A program made the position numbers and the translations under genes. A DNA stretch of 63,913 nt, counting the filler, from Collodictyon triciliatum (Eukaryota), in assembly GCA_043381765.1 (NCBI GenBank). It is 10 parts of 10 records of this genome, joined end to end, with 100 filler letters (N's around TTAATTAATTAA, not from the genome) between each part and the next. Parts side by side here need not be neighbours in the genome. Positions count along the whole stretch, not along the records: positions 34,680 to 41,513 come from JBHJMP010004210.1; positions 41,614 to 48,448 come from JBHJMP010004211.1; positions 48,549 to 55,382 come from JBHJMP010004212.1; 7 more parts are not named here. The stretch is one strand, 5' to 3'. Below the pieces are notes generated by a model that worked only from the letters and a program-made list of their open reading frames with translations, ran no database searches and had not been told where the DNA came from. This document shows positions 41,274-52,400 of this stretch, piece after piece. Every line of letters begins with the position of its first letter. Within the stretch, counting starts at the first letter, position 1.

Positions 41274-41739
41274 CTTATCTCGCACTCAATAGAAAATATT
41301 TTACCAACGTCTTTTTTTTTTTTAATTATCGTTCGATTTTTAATATTTCTTTGAAAAAAGGGCGACGAAGCAACCAGCACCTGAAACAAAACCTCTCCCA
41401 TCGTTCTTCTTCATCTATAACCCAGCCATTAATGTGGAAGCTGACACCACGGTAACCAACTCTTTCTTTTTTTAAAAAAAACAAAAAAACAAAAAAACAA
41501 AAAAACAAAAAAANNNNNNNNNNNNNNNNNNNNNNNNNNNNNNNNNNNNNNNNNNNNTTAATTAATTAANNNNNNNNNNNNNNNNNNNNNNNNNNNNNNN
41601 NNNNNNNNNNNNNCTTTGCTTTGCTTTACTTTACTTTACTTTACTTTACTTTACTTTACTTTACTTTACTTTACTTTACTTTACTTTACTTTACTTTACT
41701 TTACTTTACTTCCGACACAGACCACTCCCCAGCCAAGGA

Positions 41740-44700
41740 ATGGATCCGCGGAGACAGTCTGGCCCAGCTTTTTCGCCTGCCAACTCGCGTCTGAGTGTCA
41801 ACTCCGACCGCTCGCAAAACTGGACACCGCATGACCGCCCAACAAACACATACGAACTTGCCCTAACCATCATGGTCACAACCGACCAGATTGCACTCAA
41901 CTCATGGATGCTTCGTGCAGAGGAGCTCATCACTATGTTTGAGAACCAGCACGAACCCCACCTTGCCATCGAAATCCTCTTCCTCCTGACTGCTCGCAAG
42001 AACGTGGCCACTCGTGTGGCCATTGCGCTGGAAAAGTACATTCGTAAAAACCTTGTCCGTGACTTGGACTTTCTCCTGAGCATGAGCCTTGTCCTTGAGT
42101 CGATTCCTCTGATTGAACTCCAACCAGCATCGCACCAGTATCTATTCCAGTGCTTTCTGGCTCTCACTTCCAACATTGTCCACGACACATACACGTGTGA
42201 TGAGCATCGCCTCATGGTTGTTGCCTGCATGATGGAATCTCTCATCGATGCAAAAATCACTTGCACTTTCGACCCGAATTATGCTGAAAGTCTCTCCATC
42301 CTGCAGAGCATGGGCAATAATGAGAAGGACATATCCTTGTCCAGCGCAGCCTCTTTCATTGAGGAACTCATCAAGCGTATCCATCAGCCCATCACAGCCG
42401 GTGGTAATCCGCGCCTTAGCACAAGCTCGAGCATTCATCCTGCCACAACAAGAACTTCTATATCAAGGACTTCTATCTCAAGAAACTCCATCTCTGGCTT
42501 GTCTGCTTTTCCTTTCGGAGAACAGACCGTTGCCCGCAGAATGAGCTCCATGTTCTCTGGTCGCTCAAGAGACATGACCCAGACCGCAGAGTGGTTCACC
42601 CTCTATTCTGAAATTCGTGAAGCCTATCATACCCGCCCGGATGGATTCCTTGAAATTCTGATTGCCAAAGAAACTAGCAAGGACTGGGAGAAGAAGGCGA
42701 AGAGCTTTCGTGAAGGAATTATGTTCTTTTATGCAAACATGTTGCGGTTCTTCATCCGTGTATTCAATCGGACAAGATGTGAAAACGCCCGTAGCTTGAT
42801 TCAGCAAATCACTCTGAAAAAATACTATCGAGATAGCGAACCAATGAAAAGATTCTTTTTTGTTCATCTGGAGCCACTAGTCCGCGACCCAGATGATACC
42901 ACGAGGCGCATCTTTTCTCAAGCCCTTGCCCCTTGTGCAGATTCTCGTAATAGTGTGAAATCTCACCGTCCAGACATATTTACCCAATCAAAGTACCAAT
43001 CTATCAACAACCTAAAAGACCAGTTCAACTTTGCCATGTTTCAAGGTTCTAAAGACCAAGGACAAGTGGTTATTGATTTTGTGTATGGACTGCGCGACCA
43101 TATTGTCAAATTACATAATTACTCTTACTTCCGCGCTACGTGTGCTGACCGGTACAAAGAGATCCCTGTTTCTGGCTCCCCTCATTCCCCCATCCCATCA
43201 CGCTTACTGGATTGGAAGGACCGTATCAGCAGGTTCATGTCCTCCAAGTCTCTGAAGTACCTGATTATTGGGGGTTCTTCAGGGATAGGCAAAACAACCC
43301 TTGCTACGAGCTTGTTCTTACAAGAGCTGATAAACTGGAACGAGTCTAATCACTTCCCATTATATTTCAACTCATTTGCAAAAACCTTCCTGAGAGGAGA
43401 AGAATTTCCCCTGTTTGACGAGGCCTGGTACCATCCATTCAAATACCACCTCTATCTTACGGACGAATACATCCTTCCAAAAGCTTTAATATACTGGTGT
43501 CAATCAAATTTCAAAACACTGTTTATTGTTGATGGTATGACATCGAAGGACATCATGGCTGATAACTTCTTTACAAAATATTCCACCTCTCAGTGGGCCC
43601 AATCCAAGTTTATATTCCTTGTGCGTTCAGAGTCTGAAGAGCAATTTGTATCCATGTCTGACCATTTCATCTTTAATTCGGGCACTCAGCCTACTGAGCC
43701 TATCGAAACGGTCGACCATGTCTATATTCCGCCCTTCAATCACACCGAGATTATAAAATATGCCGAAGCACAAATCGCAGTTCGGCAAGGTGTTGAGTTT
43801 GGCTCATCCGAATTTCAACTTGTTTGCGATGCTGTTTCAAAATCCCCATTCTATTCGATATTTATGAATTCTCCATTTTGGTTGAGCGCTCTGCTGTCCA
43901 TTCCAAGCAATATACTCTCTGCAACGTATTCTCAAGATGATGATTCTTCTGAATCCTTTAGTCTGACCGAAATGTATCTCATCGAGCAGTATGCAAGAGC
44001 CGAATTTGCAAAATACATTCTCCAAGACCTACCTGAAGGGAGCGAACCCAGCAATCTGGAAGCAAGTATCGATGCCTTTTTCCAGTACCACCAAGATGTT
44101 GCATATGTTATGTTCCAAGACAACCGCGCGCCGATATACTCAGACAAATCCGAGAAGGCATCGGTCTCTGAAGCAAATGAAAATTTGAAAAAATATTTTA
44201 CTACCAGTATTTTTGACCAATCTTCAAGAAATATCGACTCTTTCATTTCTAAAGCTGATCACTCTACCTTTGTGTTTCAGAACTCTATCTGGTATTTTTT
44301 CATCGCATCAAAGATATCAAAATTGATTGTTGCGGGTGACCTTGCATGTCTTTTGAATCCCCTTCCTGAGAAGGTACTCGAGTATCTCTCCAAAATGGCC
44401 CATGATGGCTCCCCCTTACGAGGCAAAATCATCGAGTCATTACAAAACCCTACCACTCGCAGAGATAAAATTGGTCCTATTCTTCTATTGATTCTTGCCC
44501 ATTCTAAGATTCCTATATCAAACATAAATCTAACTGGGATGGACGTTGGGAAGCTTGACTTGGACCGATATTCTTTTGAAAATGTGAATCTCTCAGGCTC
44601 CTCTGCTGCATCCCGATTCACCCGCATGCATCTGAGAGGCTGCAATCTAAACTCTTTTCGCTTTACATTGGCTTCGATGGACTGGTTTCCTGCTCTCCCC

Positions 44701-47061
44701 GCCGCACCAAATTCCCGTTGTGTTGTTGTTGATGAAATAGGTGATACTATATATACTGCAGGACTAACCAGCTACACCAAAGCCAAGGTGATGGATGTGG
44801 CCAAAAAGGATACCCAGGTTGACTACTTAATTACTTCCATGGCATATTCAGCTCATTTAAATAATCCAGGGCTGGTTCTTGGATCTGGTGACGGAAAAAT
44901 CCACTTGATCAACCAAAAGGGTAAGGACGTGTTGCTTCTGCCAGAAGAGGACTCGCTTATTGTCACACTAAACATTGTAGAGGTAGACCAAACACGTCCT
45001 ATCATGGTTATTGGGAGGGAGGATGGAACCCTGTCGCTGTGGGACGTCAACAATCACCGCTCGCCTAAAATTATACACGCACACAAAAAGCAGGTCAATT
45101 CATCTTGCTTCTACCGAGACGAAAGTGATGTGGTATATATTGTGACAGGGAGCTCTGATTCCTTCGCCAAGGTCTACCAACTCACTGGAGATTTATGCTT
45201 TGAACTCCCGCATGAGAAAGAGGTGCTCTCTGTCTCTGCATATTCTGATAAACAATCCATGAAATGGATCGCCACTGGATGCTCTGATGGTAACATCTTT
45301 GTTTGGGATGCCCAAACAAGGGTTCGTGTGAAACACTTTAACATCCCCAGTAATAGAGTTCACAGTTTAGTGACTTTTTTGACCCCAAATTCAAAAGCCC
45401 CATTCTTAGCAGCTGGTGGCTCTTCTGGTGCGGTTGTTTTGTGGAATTTGCTGACCAACGAATGTGTAGCCAGCTACTGCAATCACTATGAACCAGTTTT
45501 GCAGCTAATTGTGTTTAAAAGACCCAATAAAACGCAGTATCTGTCTTCGCTCAGTGCTGATGAGACGGTGCATTTAGTTGATCTGTCACAGATTCCATCG
45601 CAATCGAACGAGTCCAACATCCTGGGGTCTGTTTACAACCTCCACTTCCATAATCTTCACGGAAGAACTTATCTGTTGACAAGCTCGTTTGATGCAAAGA
45701 CTCGATTGTGGGATGTTTCCTCGCGAACTTTCCTAAGGTCATTCCCTATCAAGACCTCGTCCGTCATCCACTCCTCTGTAGCAAATATAAAGGGTTCCGA
45801 CTATGTTGTTTCTGTGGGCTCAGACGCTGTGATTACCCTTCATCCTTTGGACAGTCTCAGCCCCGATGAAAGTCGAGATATTCCGCTCGATTCATACGTA
45901 GCATCTGCTTGTCGTTTAGATAGGTCAGACGGAAAGCCATTTATTGTCACCACTCATTTGGACAACACAGTAATCATTCATGACCTCGAGTCTGGTGATC
46001 AAAGCTTTTGTACGGTTGTGGATGGAAAGCTTATCACCAGTGTGACTGCTTATTACGACGAGAGTAATTCAGAGACTATCATATGTGGTTGCTTGGATGG
46101 ATTCGTAAAGATCATCTCCACAAAAGATGTAGAGGAGCCCTTGCAAGCTGACATTGACATATGCAAAACATCAATACTAAGCGTCAAGATTCTGGCATCT
46201 AGTCCTGGTCATATGAGTGTTGTTGCAGTATCTAGCAAGGGCATCATAAAGTCTCTCGACTTGGAAACCCTTGAATCTAATTGGGAGAATGATGCTTCGA
46301 GTCAAGGACTCGGGAATATTGTATGCGCAAACGTATTTCAGAACGGGCTCTCTGCTAGAGAAGATGGGGAGAAACAAAACGGTCTGTATTTTGTATGTGG
46401 ACACGAAGAAGGTTTTATCTCTATCTGGGATGCTGCCGATGGCTCCTTTGTGAAAAAAGCTATGGTGCATCACCACCAGATAAGGACCATTGAACCCTGC
46501 CTGTTCTCAACATCGTCCAACCAAAGTCTCTTGGCCACAGGCGCTGCCGACGGTTCCTTTAGAATTTGGACGATATCCGAAGACCAAGGACAAGGGATTC
46601 AACTTCATCTCTCCTGGAGTGAGCACAACACTACATTTGTAGAATCGACAACCATCGAGAATGCCAATCTCCTCGATTACCAACGCAAGTTCTGGTTGCA
46701 AAAGAAGGACTCTAATCCTGATACGCGTGCAAGTGCTTCGACGCATACCACGCGCCAAGTTGATATTCTGTTGGAGAACTGCCACTTCCAAACGCATCAG
46801 AATAATTGTGCGGGAATTTTTGAAATGGGAATAAGGTACGAGTATGGCATAGGGGTGCAGCAAGATGCCCGGTTAGCACTCTTGTTTCTCCAGAAGGCCA
46901 AAGATATGGGATCTGTGGATGCGCATGTGGCTTTGGCCTCAAAAGACTTGTTTTCTGCTGACATGGCGGTGAGAGATAAAGCACTAAGCGATATCAAGGA
47001 GTTGGCTGAGACAGGACAAAAGGATGCCGCTTCTATCCTCGAAAGAATCAACAAAGAGTAA
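41740..47061 (+). CDS. Intronless 1773-aa NACHT NTPase with helical N-terminus, degenerate pentapeptide region, WD40 beta-propellers and a C-terminal Sel1-like repeat
   Basis: Single ORF. Walker A 'LIIGGSSGIGKTTLA', Walker B 'LFIVDG', 'SPFWL' (NPxxL-like), 'INLTGMDVGKLDLDRYSFENVNLSGS', many WD40 ends (DGTLSLWDV, DGNIFVWDA, DAKTRLWDV, DGSFRIWTI) and Sel1 'FEMGIRYEYGIGVQQDARLALLFLQKA'. Confidence 0.9.
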   Translation: MDPRRQSGPAFSPANSRLSVNSDRSQNWTPHDRPTNTYELALTIMVTTDQIALNSWMLRAEELITMFENQHEPHLAIEILFLLTARKNVATRVAIALEKYIRKNLVRDLDFLLSMSLVLESIPLIELQPASHQYLFQCFLALTSNIVHDTYTCDEHRLMVVACMMESLIDAKITCTFDPNYAESLSILQSMGNNEKDISLSSAASFIEELIKRIHQPITAGGNPRLSTSSSIHPATTRTSISRTSISRNSISGLSAFPFGEQTVARRMSSMFSGRSRDMTQTAEWFTLYSEIREAYHTRPDGFLEILIAKETSKDWEKKAKSFREGIMFFYANMLRFFIRVFNRTRCENARSLIQQITLKKYYRDSEPMKRFFFVHLEPLVRDPDDTTRRIFSQALAPCADSRNSVKSHRPDIFTQSKYQSINNLKDQFNFAMFQGSKDQGQVVIDFVYGLRDHIVKLHNYSYFRATCADRYKEIPVSGSPHSPIPSRLLDWKDRISRFMSSKSLKYLIIGGSSGIGKTTLATSLFLQELINWNESNHFPLYFNSFAKTFLRGEEFPLFDEAWYHPFKYHLYLTDEYILPKALIYWCQSNFKTLFIVDGMTSKDIMADNFFTKYSTSQWAQSKFIFLVRSESEEQFVSMSDHFIFNSGTQPTEPIETVDHVYIPPFNHTEIIKYAEAQIAVRQGVEFGSSEFQLVCDAVSKSPFYSIFMNSPFWLSALLSIPSNILSATYSQDDDSSESFSLTEMYLIEQYARAEFAKYILQDLPEGSEPSNLEASIDAFFQYHQDVAYVMFQDNRAPIYSDKSEKASVSEANENLKKYFTTSIFDQSSRNIDSFISKADHSTFVFQNSIWYFFIASKISKLIVAGDLACLLNPLPEKVLEYLSKMAHDGSPLRGKIIESLQNPTTRRDKIGPILLLILAHSKIPISNINLTGMDVGKLDLDRYSFENVNLSGSSAASRFTRMHLRGCNLNSFRFTLASMDWFPALPAAPNSRCVVVDEIGDTIYTAGLTSYTKAKVMDVAKKDTQVDYLITSMAYSAHLNNPGLVLGSGDGKIHLINQKGKDVLLLPEEDSLIVTLNIVEVDQTRPIMVIGREDGTLSLWDVNNHRSPKIIHAHKKQVNSSCFYRDESDVVYIVTGSSDSFAKVYQLTGDLCFELPHEKEVLSVSAYSDKQSMKWIATGCSDGNIFVWDAQTRVRVKHFNIPSNRVHSLVTFLTPNSKAPFLAAGGSSGAVVLWNLLTNECVASYCNHYEPVLQLIVFKRPNKTQYLSSLSADETVHLVDLSQIPSQSNESNILGSVYNLHFHNLHGRTYLLTSSFDAKTRLWDVSSRTFLRSFPIKTSSVIHSSVANIKGSDYVVSVGSDAVITLHPLDSLSPDESRDIPLDSYVASACRLDRSDGKPFIVTTHLDNTVIIHDLESGDQSFCTVVDGKLITSVTAYYDESNSETIICGCLDGFVKIISTKDVEEPLQADIDICKTSILSVKILASSPGHMSVVAVSSKGIIKSLDLETLESNWENDASSQGLGNIVCANVFQNGLSAREDGEKQNGLYFVCGHEEGFISIWDAADGSFVKKAMVHHHQIRTIEPCLFSTSSNQSLLATGAADGSFRIWTISEDQGQGIQLHLSWSEHNTTFVESTTIENANLLDYQRKFWLQKKDSNPDTRASASTHTTRQVDILLENCHFQTHQNNCAGIFEMGIRYEYGIGVQQDARLALLFLQKAKDMGSVDAHVALASKDLFSADMAVRDKALSDIKELAETGQKDAASILERINKE

Positions 47062-47760
47062 CTCATATAATTGGTCGCAACAGAAAAGCAGAGGATAGGA
47101 CAATAAACCATTCAGAGGAAGAAAACTACAAACATATTCTTTTGACAGGGAGCCCCCTGTTCATTTTTTTTTTTTCATACTTTGCGTCCTTTGTGGTATT
47201 CCCATTTTAAATGAGGAGATACAACTCGTAAACCCTCACCTTTTCACGTAGCCTTTAACAGGTCACCCAAACTCAACGCTCGCTTTTCGCCACTATGCTT
47301 GGTGGCTCCCTGTCTCTTTCATCTTGATTCATTTCGTCCCTTTTTTTTTTCTTTTTCCTCGATTTTCATGGGAGAGAAACTTTCCTCTTCGCCACCATCA
47401 TTACCTTATCCCAATAAGAGAATTTAAAAAATAAAGAAAAAAAGAAAGAGCACGAAGGATACAAGCGATGAGGGGAAAAAGAAAAGAAGCAGGAGTGACA
47501 AGAGGCACATGTGGAGCTAAAATCTTGGCTAGTATGGGGAATGCTTTCTCAAACCAACTGCACTCGAGTGTTCTCCCAAGCTATTCCATGATGTAAAGTT
47601 GAGCCAGTCAAAAGTATATCACGCGAAAGCGTTGATGGCACTGACCACCTGGCTGCAATGCACAAGGCACAGCCTTCCTTCGCACCCAATCCAAAAAAAA
47701 ATAACTGACATACAGATAGGCCGAGTTTCTACTCAAGAGCAGAAAAAAATTTGGAGGAGT

Positions 47761-47834
47761 CGACCACGGCAGGACTCGAACCTGCAATCGCCTGATTCGT
47801 AGTCAGGCGCCTTATCCAATTGGGCCACGCGGCC
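47761..47834 (-). tRNA. tRNA-Arg (anticodon ACG)
   Basis: Reverse complement GGCCGCGTGGCCCAATTGGATAAGGCGCCTGACTACGAATCAGGCGATTGCAGGTTCGAGTCCTGCCGTGGTCG, with anticodon arm CCTGA-CTACGAA-TCAGG. Confidence 0.96.
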
Positions 47835-48357
47835 CCTTCCATGACTTCAATGAAGTGATATATTATTTCATTTCTAGATTTCTTGATTTCTTTGTCCGGA
47901 AATGTTGTGGTTTTTTTTTTGTTTGTTTTTGGTTTTACGTTTAGTTAGTTTGTGATTCAATCCCATATACGTGGCCCGACAAAGAGCAGTAAGCAAGGAA
48001 CAGTTCCGTGCGGTCTTGGAGTCAGGCTGTGGAGCCTTGTGGCGGGGCAATAGTCATAAGGGAAAGAGTCTTGTCTTCTGTCTCGAATGGTTCTTCATGA
48101 TAAGTCCTGCCCGTTTCTAACCTCTTACCTCAAGGTTTGATGGACATGACAGAAAACTTTGGTTTGAAGTCTCCTCTCTTGGGTAAGAATCGCCCGGAAG
48201 ACTTCCACTCAGGAGAAGCGGTTGGTTCCTTTGTTGGCTGTAAGGATCTGAATTCTCACTGTGTTCTTTCTTTTTTTTTCTTCCTTTTTTCTTTTTCTTT
48301 TTTCTTTTTTCTTTTTTCTTTTTTCTTTTTTCTTTTTTCTTTTTTCTTTTTTCTTTT

Positions 48358-48429
<72 letters not shown>

Positions 48430-49415
48430 TTTCTTCTTTTTTTTCTTCNNNNNNNNNNNNNNNNNNNNNNNNNNNNNNNNNNNNNNNNNNNNTTAATTAA
48501 TTAANNNNNNNNNNNNNNNNNNNNNNNNNNNNNNNNNNNNNNNNNNNNTTTTTTTTTGTTTTTTTTGTTTTTTTTTTTTTTTTTGTTTTTTGTTTTTTGT
48601 TTTCACTACGTAAAGCATCATCTCTGCTTTGTGGAGGCCACAAGTTGTACCCTTTTTCTTCTTTTTTTATTTTTTGTTGCCGGGCTGGAGTTGTGCGCGA
48701 TCGCAGTACGGGATTCGGCATGTGGGTTTTGGTTTTGTCGTGTTTTGTTTTGTTTGTTTGGGTGATTGTGTGTGATCAAAAGGAATGGAAGTGGGAGAAG
48801 GTTATTATCATTTGATGTCATCATTTGTCCTAAAGTGGGGACTAGATACCATAAAAGGATAATGGAAATGTCCAATATCGGTATGAAATCGAAATACACA
48901 TTAGGTTATAGATTTACTGAAGGAGTAATTTTTTCCGTCTGGATTTGAATTTCTAAATCTAGCTTGAGATAGTTGGTTTGAATATATCCATTTTTAGAAA
49001 GGACCGATTGTTCGTGAGTTCCGTCATGTTTTTTTACTTGAAAATATTTTTTTTAATTCCACCGTCGCTGTGTTTCCTTCATCCTCCTATAACCCGGAGA
49101 TGAACAATCGCGGCCGTCACATCATTTTGAGGCTTTTCTCCCTCTCTTTAACTGCCGCGCATTTTACTTTTCAAAACGTCGAGGATGTTTGGAAGTTGCA
49201 TCGCTTTTTGCCACGATTAAGGGGGGAAAAAAAGTGTCCATCTTTTTTTTTATGTAGTGACTTTGCCCAATCGGTTACACGCGGCAGAAATATATAAAAT
49301 CTGACTCACACAACCCAGGGAAAAAAAAAAAGACTTTGCCATGATGAATGGAAGGTAATTGGAACATAGTGTCTGGAGCTCGTTTATTGGAGCTTTGATT
49401 AGTGTTGCGTAGGAA

Positions 49416-52400
49416 TTATTTCTTTGTTTTGAGTCTCGGTTTCGCATTCGTCGATGGGGCTACAACTTTCTTCTTGTTTCTGTTGCGGTTCTTGACATTT
49501 GCCGTGGCGTAGTAGTGGACTCCAACCTTCTTTTTGTTTGTTGTCTTTCGCTAAGGAAAAAAAAAATTAAATAAATTGGATATGTTTTGCGATAAAAAAA
49601 ATACGTATTTTTTTCTGGAAGAGACATTATTGAAGTGTGCAATTGTGGGTGGGGAAAATACCTTCTCTTTTCCATTTGCCTCGACATCCTCCGACGCACT
49701 ATCTTCTCCGCTTTGACTTTCGTCCGCACTCACCTTCGTCTTGGGTTTGGACTTCCACTGTGACTTTGGGCTTTTACTTTCTGGCTCTTCAGCGGCTTCC
49801 TTCTTTGTCTGTGTATGAGTTTGCAAGTTTGTGAGCGTTTGGTTAATGTCACACAGAGCTGCGTCATAGTGCCGCGTCAAAAGGAATTCATGCTTTGCGC
49901 GATAGAAACATGAATGAATTCAAGCAATAAAAATCAACGAAGAAAGCAAGGGTCATGTCTCCAAAAGGGTAATTATAAAAACGATGGGGGGTAACCTTTT
50001 TCTCGCTTATTTTAGATTTCTTCGATGGGAATAAGGCAGCTCTCTGTGCGTGCGATTCTATTATATGTCAAACAGCACAGTTAAGTCATACATAATGTTG
50101 TAAGCCATATTCTCTTATGATTAGGTAGCAAATAGCCTTACCGTCGGTGAGCTCTCTCTTGGAAGAACTTTTGTGTGTATTACATACGAAATAAATGGTA
50201 GGGGAAAATTGTCAGGGTTAGAGGCACATTATAGCTTCTTTTTTATTTTATTTTAGAAGATATAAAAAAAATCACGAATAAATTTCTGTTTAAAATGTGA
50301 CATGTATTAGAAATAACGTCAGAGTGCCCCAGTCGTTTGAAAATATTTGCTCAAAAAGAAAAGAGAAATAGTTTCGCACCTTTTGTCACCCTTGGTCGGC
50401 GTTTCAGCTTTGCCTTTTTCTGCTGAATTAACTTTTGTCGATTTCGTTGGTAATAATGATTTTCCTTCCTGTTTCTTTGTCGTTGATGAATCATCTCCGT
50501 CATCTGGTGATTCAGACCCATTCACGAGTTCGTCCCAAGATAAACCAATCTCATTTTCATGTGCATCGTCTGCCTCCTCCTCCTCCTCTTCATTTTCCTC
50601 ACCATCATCCTCTCCATCCTCGTCTTCGACTTCCTTTTTTTCTTCACTTGCATTCTCTAGTGCCTTTTTTGGTCGCACTGCTGTCTTTTCTTCTTCGTCA
50701 TTTTCATTTTCGTCATCACCTCCCTCTAGGAAATAAAAAGAAAATTCAGTATTTGAATATAGGTATGAATTGTATTAGATAATTTAGAACAAACCAGTAA
50801 AATATATATGCATGGATAAAAGAAAACAATACCATTTTTTCCCTCTGGACCTTCACTATCATCACTTTCTAAAGTTCAAATATACACAAGTTATATGGTG
50901 TTTTTTTTTTTAAAAAAAAAATAAATTAATTTAAAAGCCGAATCTGGGGCAGAAAACTCTCATTATGAAGTATCAATCCAACTACATGAAAATAATATTA
51001 TATTTCGAAAAAAATAATCCGCACCAGGGTCACTCTTATATACGTCATCCCAGTCAATGGCGTTTTCATCTCCCAAATCAACTTCAGAAAGTCCCTCAGG
51101 AGCTCTTGTGTCATCTTGGTCATATTCAACACGCACATGGATATTTCTAATTTGTTGTGTAATCTGCAATCCTTCGGTCTAAGAGAATTTCACATTAACA
51201 AGGCTTATACTCCATCGCATATCGATTATATGCATAATACGTATACCAAATTACACAGACAAGAGAAGGAGGGTGTTATCGTCTCATATAGGCCATATCC
51301 TTTCAGAAAGTAATGATATTTTCTTACATCAGCAGCTTCACTGGGCTGAATTGAATCACCAGCCATCGGAGGCATTGTAAAGTACGGAATTCGACCCCTC
51401 TGCATATCAGCAAGCACAATTTTCGCACACGATTTTGTATCAGGCTCCCCGCCCTAATCATCATCAATATGTATAATTATATTTACAAACAAATAAACAG
51501 GAACAAAAAAAAATGCACTTTGATCTATTATATGCTTAAGTGAGCCTTTAAATTTTACATATTTTTGAATGCAATACACGGAAGAAAGAAATCTAACTTT
51601 AAGCAATCTGCCAGAAACTTTGCAGATTTGCTCCAGAAAATCAGTCGCGTCCTTCCATTCTTCGATTTTGTATGTGCGCCTTTACATGATGAGGCAAAAG
51701 ATTTTAAAACATGTCATTTAAAACAAAATGTGTGCTTTGAATAGGACCAAAGATAGTATTTTATCTTCCTACTGAAGATAATCCTTTTTGACTCGTTTTA
51801 AAACCTCAGGAATATAGTCTTCGGGTGTTTGTAGATTCTCAATTCTCACCTTTGGAATGAGTGAAAATCAGATGATCAAGTATCATATTTATAATCAATA
51901 TTCGCTACCAATCTGAATATATATGTATACATATATGCAGCCACTTACCACCCCTTTTAGGACAATATCAGCCTCGGAGTCTCCTGAAGGATAAACCACT
52001 CCAGGACAATCGATCAAGTATATTCTCTTAAACAGGGTGATGTATTGCCACACCTGAAAAATAGATAAGAATTATATTGGAGAGGAAATGAGTACATGAT
52101 TTGACTCCTAAATTGAAACGACGGTTGCTGTGCCAAGACACTCTTTAAAAGAAAATAAATGGCTTTCACTACCATGGAGTATATTTGAAATCATTTTAGC
52201 ATACAGAGGTTTGAAATGAAAGCATAAAATAGTTGCCTTTGTCTCTCCGGGTATGGGTGCCACTTTGCAGACTTTCTTCTTTCGAAGAGTATTGATAACT
52301 GAGCTTTTTCCGACTGCAGAGATGTGAGCATGAGATATTTTGATCACTGGTCATAGCTTTAATGCTTTATCATTCTCTCCTCTTTTTTCTCGTAATACCT

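Noticed and set aside
41706-47111. Multiple antisense and overlapping ORFs over the NACHT-WD40 gene (and over 19014-20258)
   Set aside because: They are shadow ORFs of long coding exons, with no independent motifs.
47970-48260. RNase MRP/P-like RNA or terminal coding exon on the minus strand
   Set aside because: There is only a partial GGAAGTC-like match and no convincing P4 partner strand. The short reading frame has no recognisable motif.
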